From an uncultured Trueperaceae bacterium (GTDB taxonomy: Bacteria; Deinococcota; Deinococci; Deinococcales; Trueperaceae), in NCBI GenBank assembly GCA_963727505.1, contig CAVSGP010000015.1:1-64000 (forward strand): DNA of 64,000 nucleotides. Reading direction: 5' to 3'. Position 1 is the first letter of the stretch, and the number at the start of each line of letters is the position of its first letter. Position numbers and translations under genes: made by a program. The notes beneath the pieces are model-generated. The model had not been told where the DNA came from, did not search any database, and saw nothing but the letters and a program-made list of their open reading frames with translations. Positions 22,618 to 32,291 of the stretch are shown one piece after another.

Positions 22618-23100
22618 GTTCGGACCCCCATCTGGGTTCTGGTATGCCTGGCACGCCGTGACCGCACGTTCGCTCCGCCGTCCCGACTTCCTTGCTGGCC
22701 GACTTCCTTCGCTAGCCGGGTTGTGCCGTGGCGCAGTGTACCTGGGCACGTGGCCGACCGTACCCCACGTATCACACGGCGCGCCCGTCGTCTCCGTCAA
22801 GCCGAGTCGACTACGCGCCTTCGCACGACGCACTCGGGAACCGTGCATCACCGTGGTCGGAAGAAGGGACCGAGGCATCGGTCCCTATGAGACGAGGCGC
22901 ACCTCGGTCCCTATGGGACGAGGTGCACAGGGACTATGCTTGAGGATCGGATGAGCGGCGGGGTCGGATAGGGTTCCGGCTTCGGCTGCCGCCTCCGTCG
23001 GGGATGGAGGGCGATCCTGGAGACTCGAGTCGCGAGTCTCGCGAGGGGCGCCCGGAGTTGGGGGGATCCGGAGTGGCGCTTCCGCGCATGGCTGACGCTG

Positions 23101-24978
23101 TTGATGCTGGTGGCGTCGGTCGGTGGTTGTGCTCTGGGTAGCCTCTACGTGGTGCGCGAGGTCCGCACCATCATCCTCGACAACGCCCTGGTCGAAACCG
23201 AGACCGCGTTGGCGATGCATCTGGACGCGTCGGCCGACGGCGGGTTGGTGGGTCCGCCGCTGAACCGCGCGGGAGCCTGGCTGGCGCTGATGGAGCACTA
23301 CGCCCAGGCTCCCGACACGATCGACGTGCGAGCGCTCGATGCCGCCGGCGTGGTGCGCCGGTCGCTGTCCAGTCCGTTGGGGGTCGCCCCGGTGACGCCC
23401 GGCGCCTGGCAGCGGGTGCGGGCCGGCCAGCCCCAGCGCACCTTGCGTGCAGGGGCCGCCGGGCCGGTGTTGGACGTGGTGGTCCCGGTGACGTTCGGGG
23501 AGGGGCCGGAGGGCACGGAGCGCGGCGCCGTCGAGATCGTGCGGAGCGGCCAGCCGGTGGCCGCCGCCCTGCGGCACGTCTCCCTCGAGATCGGGGTAGC
23601 CGGCGCGGTGCTCAGCGTGACGCTGGCGGCCCTGATCGTCTTCCTCAGCTACCTGGTTGCCTCACGCTCGTTCCGCGACCGGCTGACGGGCCTGCACAAC
23701 CTGCAACACTTCGAGTCCTCGGCCGTGGGCGAGCTGGCGCGGTTGGCCCGCCACGGTCGCAGCGCGGCGGTGTTGAGCATCGACGTGCGGCGTCTGCGCC
23801 ACGTCAACGATGCGCTGGGGCACCGCGCCGGCGACGCTCTGCTGCGGCTGGCCGCGGCGGCGCTGAAGAGCGAGGTGCGCCCCGGCGACTACCTGTCGCG
23901 CGTGGGCAGCCAGTTCCTGGTCCTGCTCGACGAGGTCGACACGCGTGGCGCCGAGGCGTTCGCGCGCCGCATCGCGGAGGCGCTGGGGCGCACCGTGCGC
24001 GTCAGCGGCGACATGCTGTGGCTCAGCGCCTCGATCGGCATCGCGATGTTCCCGGAGGACGGCAAGAACCTCGACGAGCTGCTGGCGAATGCCGACAGCG
24101 CCCTGAGAGAGTCGAAATCCCACGGCGTGTCCTACTGCACCTTCCGGGCCGGCCTCGCCCGCAGCACCCGCGAGTCGCTGGCGCTGGAGAGCGATCTCGC
24201 CTCCGCGCTGGCCATGGGCGAGCTGCTGCTGTTCGGGCAGCCCATCGTCCGCCTGGCGAGCGGGCAGGTCGCCGGCCTGGAGGCGCTGGTGCGCTGGCAA
24301 CACCCCGACCACGGCCTGCTCCCGCCCTCCGCCTTCATCCCTCAGGCCGAGGAGACGGGCTTGATCCGCGAGCTGGACCGCTGGGTGCTCGACGCCGCGG
24401 CGGCCGCCGTGGCCGCCTGGAGACGCAACGGCTTCCAGGGCTTCATCAGCGTCAACCTGTCGGGCCGGTCGCTCGGCGATAGCGGCCTTCCCGCGGCGGC
24501 GAGCCGCGTGCTGCAGCGGTACGGCGTGACCGCCGGATCGATCGTGCTGGAGGTCACCGAGACCGCCGCCATCCGCGATCTGGAGGGCTCCGGGAACGTC
24601 CTCGAAGCCCTCAAGGCGCTGGGCTTCCTCCTCGCGCTCGACGACTTCGGGACCGGCTACTCCTCGCTCGCCTACCTGCGCCGCCTGCCGGTCGACTTCA
24701 TCAAGATCGACCGCCAGTTCACCAAGCACCTGGTGCATCAGCCCAGCGATCAGCACCTGATCCGCGCGTTGATGATGTATGCGAGCGGTCTGGGGCTCGA
24801 CATCGTGGCCGAAGGGATCGAGGGGCCCGAGCAGCACGCCTGGCTGGAACGCGCCGGCATCCTGTACGGCCAGGGCTACCTGTACGGCCGGCCGCAGCCC
24901 CTGTCGGAACCCCCGGAGATGCTGCCCGTCCCCCCGCCGAGCGCTCCCGGCGACGGGTTCGGCGCCGTCGGAGACTGA
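23101..24978 (+). CDS. Membrane GGDEF(degenerate)-EAL protein, probable c-di-GMP phosphodiesterase
   Basis: 2 TM; A-site reads RVGSQF; EAL domain intact (EALVRW, EVTE, DDFGTGYSSL, IKID, AEGIE). Confidence 0.9.
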   Translation: MMLVASVGGCALGSLYVVREVRTIILDNALVETETALAMHLDASADGGLVGPPLNRAGAWLALMEHYAQAPDTIDVRALDAAGVVRRSLSSPLGVAPVTPGAWQRVRAGQPQRTLRAGAAGPVLDVVVPVTFGEGPEGTERGAVEIVRSGQPVAAALRHVSLEIGVAGAVLSVTLAALIVFLSYLVASRSFRDRLTGLHNLQHFESSAVGELARLARHGRSAAVLSIDVRRLRHVNDALGHRAGDALLRLAAAALKSEVRPGDYLSRVGSQFLVLLDEVDTRGAEAFARRIAEALGRTVRVSGDMLWLSASIGIAMFPEDGKNLDELLANADSALRESKSHGVSYCTFRAGLARSTRESLALESDLASALAMGELLLFGQPIVRLASGQVAGLEALVRWQHPDHGLLPPSAFIPQAEETGLIRELDRWVLDAAAAAVAAWRRNGFQGFISVNLSGRSLGDSGLPAAASRVLQRYGVTAGSIVLEVTETAAIRDLEGSGNVLEALKALGFLLALDDFGTGYSSLAYLRRLPVDFIKIDRQFTKHLVHQPSDQHLIRALMMYASGLGLDIVAEGIEGPEQHAWLERAGILYGQGYLYGRPQPLSEPPEMLPVPPPSAPGDGFGAVGD

Positions 24979-25243
24979 GAGCTTGCTGCGGCCGCCGTTC
25001 CGGCCGCGGTTGTGGCCGTCGCGAGCGGCGTCACGAACCTCACGAAGACTAAGAGAGACGTAAGCCACGCCCTGCCACAGTGGGGGCGTGGCAGGGGTGC
25101 GCCTGCGGGGGATCTGCAGGCGCATGCGGAGGGAACCGCATCCTGGGAGGCCCGAACCTCAGGGGAGCTTGCCCGGCCCCGCGCGGACACCGCGAGCCGC
25201 TGCGGAACGTCCGCAGCCTCTCGACGAGGAAGCGGCCACGAGC

Positions 25244-26425
25244 ATGAACTACATCGATTCGCGATCTGGACTCGCCGCGCTCAGACGGCTGAACGCCGGC
25301 CTCAGGGCCTGGCTGCGCGGTGTCTTCGAGCGTCCCAGCGGCAGCCACACCTCCATCCGGGCGGTGGTGGCGGACGTGCAGGGTGTCGAGCGCTTCCGCT
25401 GGATCCTGCGCAACATGCTGTGGTTCGGGCTGCTCGCGCACGTGCTGTTCACGGCGGTGTTCTTCGGGCTCGAGGTGTGGAGCCTGGCCGTCCTGAACGT
25501 CGCCAGTGTGCTGAGCTACCTGTTAGCGCTGCGCCTGCTGCACCGCGGACACGCCGACGCGCCCTTCGGCATCGGCGGGATCGAGGTGGCCGTACACGCG
25601 ACCCTGGTCACCCTGGCGTTGGGCGTGCGCCCCGGGTTCTTCATCTACCTCCCCCTCCTGACCGTCCTGACCTTCCTCAACCCGAAGTCGAGCCTGCGGA
25701 CCAAGATCCTGTTGGGGATCGCCCAGGCGCTGATGTTCATGGCGGTGGTGGCGGCAGCCGAGACCTTCCAGCCGATCCTCGCGCTCGACGTCGGAGCGCT
25801 GCGCCTGCTGATGGTCTTCAACGCGGCGCTGTTCGTCGGCTCCCTGTCGTTCCTGGCACACGTGGTGAGCGAGGCCGCCCGCAGCGCCGAGCGCGACCTG
25901 CGCGCCGCGCTGACCCGCGTCGACGAGCTGGCGCGCACCGACAGCCTGACCGGGCTGCTCAACCGCCGCGCCATGAGCGAGCTGCTCGACGCCGAGGCGG
26001 CGCGGGTCGAACGCCGCGGCCGGCCGTTCGCGGTGCTGGTGGCCGACCTCGACGACTTCAAGGGCATCAACGACGCCTACGGCCACCCGGTCGGCGACCA
26101 CGCCCTGCGCAGCGTCGCCTCGCGCCTGCTGGGGGCGGTGCGGGCGCAAGACCTGGTGGCGCGCTGGGGCGGCGAGGAGTTCCTGCTGCTGCTGCCCGAG
26201 ACCGACCAGGAGACCGCCCTGCACGTGGCCGAGCGGCTGCGCGCCGCCGTCTCCGAGCCTGCGCTGCAGCTCGACGGCGTTGAGTTCGGCGTCACCGCCA
26301 CGTTCGGGGTGGCCGTCCACAGCAAGGGTGGCACGGTCCTCGATTCGATCCGGCAGGCCGACCGCGCGCTCTACGCGGGCAAGACGCTCGGCAAGGACCG
26401 GGTGGTGAAGGGGACGGTGTGGTGA
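25244..26425 (+). CDS. Membrane-bound diguanylate cyclase
   Basis: ~6 TM; DSLTGLLNRR, DLDDFKGIND, RAQD I-site, RWGGEEF. Confidence 0.92.
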   Translation: MNYIDSRSGLAALRRLNAGLRAWLRGVFERPSGSHTSIRAVVADVQGVERFRWILRNMLWFGLLAHVLFTAVFFGLEVWSLAVLNVASVLSYLLALRLLHRGHADAPFGIGGIEVAVHATLVTLALGVRPGFFIYLPLLTVLTFLNPKSSLRTKILLGIAQALMFMAVVAAAETFQPILALDVGALRLLMVFNAALFVGSLSFLAHVVSEAARSAERDLRAALTRVDELARTDSLTGLLNRRAMSELLDAEAARVERRGRPFAVLVADLDDFKGINDAYGHPVGDHALRSVASRLLGAVRAQDLVARWGGEEFLLLLPETDQETALHVAERLRAAVSEPALQLDGVEFGVTATFGVAVHSKGGTVLDSIRQADRALYAGKTLGKDRVVKGTVW

Positions 26426-26570
26426 AGGGGACGGTGTGAGCGGGTTCGGCGGCGCCGTGATTCACGCCAGCGTGCGCGGGATCGGCGGCGCCTTGATGCA
26501 CGCCGGCGCGCGCGGGGCCTAGCATTGGGGAAGCCCGGCTTTCGGCTTCGCCGCGATCGAGGGGAAGCAA

Positions 26571-26773
26571 GGGGGGGGTCGCCAGCACCCTCGTTCGAAG
26601 GTAAAGACTGGCTTTCGCTCCATCGAAGGACGTCAGAGACGGACGTCATGGCCCGCGGGGGGCCGCCAGGGGCCGGAGGCGCCGGCGCCCGAAGCGACCG
26701 ACCCCACGGGCTGACGACCCGCCAACGTTCAACCAGCCTTTACGTTCGAACCAGGGGTTCGGGCAACCCCCCC
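26571..26773. repeat. Inverted pair of the dispersed ~45-bp element (26571-26616 and 26731-26773)
   Basis: GGGGGGGGTCGCCAGCACCCTCGTTCGAAGGTAAAGACTGG ... CCAGCCTTTACGTTCGAACCAGGGGTTCGGGCAACCCCCCC. Confidence 0.75.
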
Positions 26774-26777
26774 TGCC

Positions 26778-27899
26778 CTACCGCCGCGGCGCCTCCAGCG
26801 CCTTCCGGAACGCCCGCGCGCTCGCCGGGCACGCGCCGCGCAGCTCGTCGGACGCCCCCAGCTCGGCGGGGAGCGCCTCCCGGCCGACCTCCTCGAAGCC
26901 CCACCGCAAGAGCAGGTCGGGGATGGTCGTGCTCAGGCCGTAGGCGACGCGCGCGCCGGCCCGCTCGGACTCGCGCAGGGCGTGGCGCAGCAGCGCCTCG
27001 CCGTAACCACGGCCGCGCAACGCGGGCCGCACGGCGAGGGAGCGGAGCAGGGCGTGCTCGCCGTAGCCCTCGAAGCCGACGACCCCGTCGATCGCTCCGG
27101 GCGCGCCGTCCAGCACGAACAACCGCGCCGCACCCGACTCCAGCCCGGCATCCAGCCCCGCCTGCGGCAGCCCCTCGCCGCCGAGCAGCGCGGCCACGGC
27201 CGGCAGGTCCGCAGCCGTCGCGGGGCGCAGCGCGGGCCGGTGGGCACGGACCGAGGCGCTGTAGGTCTCGCCGGCCGGGACACCCTCGGGCGGCGCCTCG
27301 ACGGCGATGTCGGCGAACCCGGCAGCGCGTAGGAGGGCGCGGTAGCGCTCCGGGGGCTCGGCGCCGTCGACGCAGGCGCACCAGCCCTCCTCGCTGGCCA
27401 CCGTGAGGCGCGGGCCGTTCCTCAGCACGTCGCTGATCGCCAGCCGGCCGCCCGGACGCAGCACCCGGAACGCCTCGCCGAACACCGCCGCCTTGTCCTG
27501 CGACAGGTTCACCACGCAGTTCGAGAGCACCACGTCGACCGAGGCGTCCTCGACCGGCAGCGCTTCGATGAGCCCCTCGCGGAACTCCACGTGCGTCAGG
27601 CCCAGCTTCGCCGCGCCGTCACGGGCGCGCTCCAGCATGGCCGGCGTCATGTCCACGCCGATCGCGCGGCCCGCGGGGCCGACCGCCTGCGCGGCCCGGA
27701 AGACGTCGAGGCCGGCGCCACTGCCCAGGTCGAGCACGGTTTCCCCCTCGCGCAGCTCCGCGAACAGGGTGGGCTGGCCGCAGCCGAAGCTGGGCGTGGC
27801 CGCGAGCGCGGCGTCGGCACCATCCCCGCAGCAGCCGCCCGCCTCGAGCTGCGCCGTGTAGTACGAGCGCACGCTCTCCCGGAGCGCCCCGCCGCTCAC
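26778..27899 (-). CDS. arsM: Arsenite S-adenosylmethyltransferase fused to an ArsN2-like GNAT acetyltransferase
   Basis: GGCCG, SFGCG, DLGSGAGLD, GVDMT, SNCVVNL, WCACV; then LLRSLAV..RGRGYG and ACPASA; GTG overlaps the upstream stop. Confidence 0.85.
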   Translation of the reverse strand: MSGGALRESVRSYYTAQLEAGGCCGDGADAALAATPSFGCGQPTLFAELREGETVLDLGSGAGLDVFRAAQAVGPAGRAIGVDMTPAMLERARDGAAKLGLTHVEFREGLIEALPVEDASVDVVLSNCVVNLSQDKAAVFGEAFRVLRPGGRLAISDVLRNGPRLTVASEEGWCACVDGAEPPERYRALLRAAGFADIAVEAPPEGVPAGETYSASVRAHRPALRPATAADLPAVAALLGGEGLPQAGLDAGLESGAARLFVLDGAPGAIDGVVGFEGYGEHALLRSLAVRPALRGRGYGEALLRHALRESERAGARVAYGLSTTIPDLLLRWGFEEVGREALPAELGASDELRGACPASARAFRKALEAPRR

Positions 27900-28159
27900 G
27901 CGCCCACCGTGCAGCAAGTGGCCGCAGGCGCCGCGCCGCGACCGGAACCCGCGCACGCCGTCGATACGACGGCCGGCGTCGGTACGGCGACCGGCCGCGG
28001 CCCGTTGTGGCCGGCTCGTGCGCGCCGCGCAGCGCGTAGCGCCATCGCGTCCGCCCGGCGTTCGCGTAGCGCACGGCGCACCGCGGTATTGGCTTCGCCG
28101 CTGCGGCGCAGATCGTCGAGATGCGCGTGGAGCAGGTGGGTGATGAAGAGGTCGGACAT
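27896..28159 (-). CDS. Small hypothetical protein ending in a Cys-Cys motif, in the ars cassette
   Basis: GGAGAG RBS; TGA overlaps the arsM GTG. Confidence 0.55.
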   Translation of the reverse strand: MSDLFITHLLHAHLDDLRRSGEANTAVRRALRERRADAMALRAARRARAGHNGPRPVAVPTPAVVSTACAGSGRGAAPAATCCTVGA

Positions 28160-28261
28160 GGTGGTCTCTCCTTAACTCGCGGGCGGCAGGAGCCGCACTT
28201 GCTCGTGGACAGGCGCGCGCGGGCAGGGGCGCGCGGGCAGGGGCGCGCGAGGCGCCGGCGT

Positions 28262-28570
28262 TCAGGCCAGGGCGGGGGGCGCGAGGCGCAGGCGGTCCAG
28301 CTCGTCGACGACGCCGCCAAGCGCTTCGGCGTCGAGCTCGTAGTACACCCAGCGCCCTCGCTTCTCGGCGCGCACGAAGCCGGCGGCCACCAGCACCTTC
28401 ATGTGGTGGCTCACGGTCGGTTGCGACAGCTCGAGCACGCCCTCCAGGTCGCAGGCGCACACGCCGTCGCCGCGGCTGCAGCAGTCGGCCTGCGGCGCGC
28501 GCAGGAACTCGACGATGGCGAGGCGTGCGGGATCGGCCAGGGCCTTGAGGCGGTCGGCGAGCATCTGCAT
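28262..28570 (-). CDS. arsR: ArsR/SmtB family repressor
   Basis: LKALADPARL, DCC..GVCACDL, SQPTVSHHMKVL, RGRWVYY. Confidence 0.93.
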   Translation of the reverse strand: MQMLADRLKALADPARLAIVEFLRAPQADCCSRGDGVCACDLEGVLELSQPTVSHHMKVLVAAGFVRAEKRGRWVYYELDAEALGGVVDELDRLRLAPPALA

Positions 28571-28572
28571 GG

Positions 28573-28606
28573 ATTGATGTTAGTCGATGTATTGATGCTT
28601 GTCAAT
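28573..28606 (-). promoter_or_regulatory. Leaderless sigma70 promoter of arsR overlapped by two ATTGA-N6-TC(A/G)AT dyads
   Basis: Minus strand TTGACA-17nt-TAACAT-6nt-ATG; dyads at 28573-28588 and 28591-28606. Confidence 0.8.
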
Positions 28607-28637
28607 CTCATCGCAGGCCCGCCCCGGCCCGAGACGT

Positions 28638-28685
28638 GAAACCACCCTTTACGTTCGGAAGAGGGGGTCCGGAACACCCCCCTGG
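28638..28685. repeat. Single copy of the dispersed ~45-bp element
   Basis: GAAACCACCCTTTACGTTCGGAAGAGGGGGTCCGGAACACCCCCCTGG. Confidence 0.75.
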
Positions 28686-28906
28686 TAGCCGCCAGCCGCC
28701 GGTCCGCAGCGACGCCGGCAAGCCCTGGGCATCGATCCCTTGGCAGGCAGCCCCGCTCGGGTTTACGCTGGAGCTCCGTTCCGAGTCCTGGGTCGCGTGA
28801 AGGGCCGCCGGGGGGCCGTACCGACACGCGGAGCGTGCACTGGGGGGTGACGAGCATGGCTCGCACGACACGCTTGAGGGTACCGGCCGACCTACGTCCG
28901 GCGCCC

Positions 28907-28982
28907 GTCACGGTTCCGAGCGTCACGGTTGAGCGCATCACGGTTGAGCGCATCACGGTTCCGCACGTCCACGGTTCCACGC
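28907..28982. repeat. ~15-bp tandem repeat (TCACGGTT core), about 5 copies
   Basis: tcacggttccgagcg tcacggttgagcgca tcacggttgagcgca tcacggttccgcacg. Confidence 0.8.
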
Positions 28983-29019
28983 GTCGGCCGGTCGCGCCGC
29001 GTGGCGCGGGGGGCGCCCC

Positions 29020-29958
29020 ATGAGCGACATGACCGACGCCATGCTGGGAGAGCTCTTCGAGCAGCTCCCGGACGGTAGCTTCTTCGTTCTCCTCGACGCC
29101 GCGACGACGCATCCGCCCGACTCGGAGGCGCTCGTCGCTCACGTCCTCAAGCAGGGCCGGGTGGTCCGCGCCAACGCGGCGCTGGCGCGGCAGCACGGCG
29201 TGGCGCGCGGCCGGCTGATCGGCCGCTACGCCGCCGAGCTGCCCGGTTTCGCGGGCGCCGACGGGCGCGCGCAGCTCCGCATCCTGCTGGCGCGCGGGAG
29301 CATGCACCTCGTGAAGCCGGTCCGCTCGCTCGGCGGCCGCGAGCTGTGGATCGACGGGCGCTACCGCACCCTCTACGACGACACGGGGCGGGTGCTCGGG
29401 TTCCTTGGCGTCCAGCGCGACATCACCCACGTGCGCAAGCTGCAGGACGAGCTGGAGGCCCGGGCCTCCACCGACCCGCTGACCGGCGCGGGCAACCGCC
29501 GCCTGCTCGGGGACCGCTTCGCGACCTACACCGCCGACGGCGTGCAGCGCGTCACGCTGCTCTACGTCGACCTCGACGGCTTCAAGCGCGTCAACGACCG
29601 GTTCGGTCACGCCATCGGCGACCTCGTGCTGGAGCACTACGCGGCGCACCTCCAATCGGTCCTGCGCGACGGCGACACGCTCGTCCGCGTCGGCGGCGAC
29701 GAGTTCGTCATCCTCGCGCCGCACGCCGCGCCCGAGGACGAACGCTCGCTGGTCGAGCGGGTGGCCGCGCCTGCGGCGATCGACGTGCCGGGGGAGGACC
29801 CCGTACGGCTGTCGTGCAGCGTGGGCGCCGTGCACTTCCCCGGCGATGGCACGGAGCTGCCGGAGCTGCTCGACCTTGCCGACCGGCGCATGTACATCGC
29901 CAAGGGGCGGACTCCCGGGGAGGATCGCGGGCGCGGCACCCGGGCGCGGCCGAGCTAG
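29020..29958 (+). CDS. PAS/PAC-GGDEF diguanylate cyclase
   Basis: PAC-like GVQRDIT; DPLTG, DLDGFKRVND, RDGD I-site, RVGGDEF. Confidence 0.9.
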   Translation: MSDMTDAMLGELFEQLPDGSFFVLLDAATTHPPDSEALVAHVLKQGRVVRANAALARQHGVARGRLIGRYAAELPGFAGADGRAQLRILLARGSMHLVKPVRSLGGRELWIDGRYRTLYDDTGRVLGFLGVQRDITHVRKLQDELEARASTDPLTGAGNRRLLGDRFATYTADGVQRVTLLYVDLDGFKRVNDRFGHAIGDLVLEHYAAHLQSVLRDGDTLVRVGGDEFVILAPHAAPEDERSLVERVAAPAAIDVPGEDPVRLSCSVGAVHFPGDGTELPELLDLADRRMYIAKGRTPGEDRGRGTRARPS

Positions 29959-30140
29959 CGAGCGGGACCCCTGTCCCCCCCGCGGCGGTGCATACTGGGG
30001 GCGCGGAGACTGTCCAGGAGGGAAGAAAGCCGAGTCCCGCGGTCGGACATGCAGTCGGACAAGGCGAGCCGTCGGGGTGAGCCGTCCGCAGGCTGCCCGG
30101 GCCGCCGCCGCAATCCAGAGTCTCCCCCTTGGATTTGAAA

Positions 30141-30163
30141 TCGGAATGATTCCGAGATAATAT
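30141..30163 (+). promoter_or_regulatory. Perfect 7-1-7 palindrome beside the leaderless -10 box of the metal ATPase
   Basis: TCGGAAT-G-ATTCCGA (30141-30155); TAATAT-6nt-ATG. Confidence 0.65.
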
Positions 30164-30169
30164 GCCACC

Positions 30170-32194
30170 ATGACCCCGTCCGCCCAACGCCTGATGGAGG
30201 AGATGCGCGCCGAGCGCGCCGAACTCCGCGTCAACATCGTCCTCACGGCACTGACGGCCGGGGGCCTGCTGGCCGGCGTCATCGCGGCCTTCACCCACGC
30301 GCCCACGCCGCTGGCGTACGGTCTGTTCGCGGTCGCCTACCTGGCCGGCGGCGTGCCCGCGGGCTGGGAGGCACTGAAAGCGCTGCGGCGCGGACACCTC
30401 GACATCGACCTGCTGATGGTGCTGGCCGCCCTGGCAGCGGCCGCCGTCGGCGCGGTGCGTGACGGCGCCATCCTGCTGTTCCTGTTCAGCCTCGCTGGCA
30501 CCCTCGAGGACTACGCCATGGGCAACACCAAGCGCGCCGTGGTGTCGCTCATGAAACTCCGCCCCGACACCGCCAACGTGCTCCGCGACGACGGCAGCGT
30601 GGAGAAGGTCGAGGTGACCGCGGTACGCGTGGGCGAACGCGTGGTCGTGAAGCCGGGCGAGCGCATGCCGGTGGACGGCCGCGTGCTGCAGGGCGGCAGC
30701 GCCGTCGACCAGTCCCCCATCACCGGCGAGTCGGTACCCGTCGACAAGGTCGTGGGCGACGACGTCTTCGCCGGCTCCATGAACGGCCACGGCGCCCTCG
30801 AGATCACCGTGACCAGGGAAGCGAGCCAGTCCACCCTGACCCGCATGATCGAGCTGGTCACCGAGGCGCAGTCGCAGCGCTCCCCCAGCGAGCGCTTCAG
30901 CACCTGGTTCGGGCAGCGCTACACCATCTTCGTGCTGCTCGGCTCCGCCGCGGCGCTGGGCGTCTTCCTGCTCATCGGGCTACCCCGCTGGGAGGCCTTC
31001 TACAAGGCGGCCACCCTGCTGGTCGTGGCGAGCCCCTGCGCCATCGTGATCAGTGTGCCGGCGGCGGTGCTGTCGGCGCTGGCCGCGGCGGCGCGCATGG
31101 GGGTGCTGTTCAAGGGGGGCGGGGCGCTGGAGGACTTCGGGTCGACCGGCGTCATCGCCTTCGACAAGACGGGCACCCTCACCGAAGGCAAGATGCACGT
31201 CACCGACGTGGTCGGACTGTCCGCCGACGAGCGCGAGGTGCTCGCCGCGGCGGCCGCCGTCGAGCAGACCTCCGAGCACCCGCTGGCGCGCAGCATCCTC
31301 GAGGAAGCACAAGAGGAGAACCTGACGGTACGCCCGGTGAGCGACACCCTGGCGCTGCCCGGCAAGGGGATCCGCGTGACGCTGGCAGGCGAGCGCTACT
31401 GGGCGGGCAACCGCAAGATGGCCGCCGAGGTGGGCGCCGACATCACCGGCGCCATCGAGGAGGCGGTCGGAATCCTCGAGAGCGAGGGCAAGACGACCAT
31501 CCTGGTGGGGAAGGGCGGCGACCACGCTGGCGTGGCCGGCGGCTCGGCGGAAGCGCCCGCGGTCGTGCTCGGCGTGATCGGCATCGGCGATACCGTCCGC
31601 GCCAGCGCCCGCGAAACCCTGCAGGCCCTCACGGCCGGCGGCGTGGGCCGCATGGCGATGCTCACCGGCGACCACGCCGCGGTGGCGCGCAACGTCGGCG
31701 CGCAGCTCGGGCTGCCCGAGGACGCCATCTACGCCGACCTGCTGCCCGAGCAGAAGGTCGAGAAGATACGCGAGCTCGACCGGCACGGCCGCGTCACCTT
31801 CGTCGGCGACGGCGTCAACGACGCCGCCGCGCTCGCTACCGCTTCGGTGGGCGTGGCGATGGGAACCGCCGGCTCGGACGTGGCGCTGGAGGCCGCGGAC
31901 GTCGCGCTGCTGTCCGACGACCTGCGCAAGCTGCCGCAGGCCTACACCCTGGCGCGCAAGGCGAACCGCATCATCAAGCAGAATCTGGTGTTCGCGCTCT
32001 CGATCATGCTGGTGATGGTCATCATCACGATCTTCTTCTTCCTGCCACTGCCGCTGGGCGTGCTCGGCCACGAGGGCGGCACCATCCTGGTGGTCGCCAA
32101 CGGCCTCAGGCTGCTGGCCTTCCGGCCCAAGGCGGCGCCGGCGGGACGCGAGGTCGCGCCCGAGCCGGCGCGTGGGCTGGCCACCGAAGGCTGA
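30170..32194 (+). CDS. Heavy-metal P-type ATPase, P1B-4 type (Co/Fe/Zn)
   Basis: TGES, SPC, DKTGT, SEHPL, GDGVNDA, HEGGT; no N-terminal CxxC domain. Confidence 0.93.
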   Translation: MTPSAQRLMEEMRAERAELRVNIVLTALTAGGLLAGVIAAFTHAPTPLAYGLFAVAYLAGGVPAGWEALKALRRGHLDIDLLMVLAALAAAAVGAVRDGAILLFLFSLAGTLEDYAMGNTKRAVVSLMKLRPDTANVLRDDGSVEKVEVTAVRVGERVVVKPGERMPVDGRVLQGGSAVDQSPITGESVPVDKVVGDDVFAGSMNGHGALEITVTREASQSTLTRMIELVTEAQSQRSPSERFSTWFGQRYTIFVLLGSAAALGVFLLIGLPRWEAFYKAATLLVVASPCAIVISVPAAVLSALAAAARMGVLFKGGGALEDFGSTGVIAFDKTGTLTEGKMHVTDVVGLSADEREVLAAAAAVEQTSEHPLARSILEEAQEENLTVRPVSDTLALPGKGIRVTLAGERYWAGNRKMAAEVGADITGAIEEAVGILESEGKTTILVGKGGDHAGVAGGSAEAPAVVLGVIGIGDTVRASARETLQALTAGGVGRMAMLTGDHAAVARNVGAQLGLPEDAIYADLLPEQKVEKIRELDRHGRVTFVGDGVNDAAALATASVGVAMGTAGSDVALEAADVALLSDDLRKLPQAYTLARKANRIIKQNLVFALSIMLVMVIITIFFFLPLPLGVLGHEGGTILVVANGLRLLAFRPKAAPAGREVAPEPARGLATEG

Positions 32195-32291
32195 GCAGCG
32201 TGTGCTGAGCAGCGTGGGCTGAGCAGCCAGGGCTGAGCCACGCCGGAGGGCGTCGCTGCGAGCCGTCCTGCTTGCGGAGGGCGCAGACGCC

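Noticed and set aside
27900..28460. N-terminal extension of the 560-aa ArsM ORF
   Set aside because: It overlaps arsR and the small ORF in other frames; the GTG at 27899 coupled to the upstream stop is the better start
28686..28900. c-di-GMP or other riboswitch upstream of the PAS-GGDEF gene
   Set aside because: No recognisable consensus by eye; a covariance-model search would be needed
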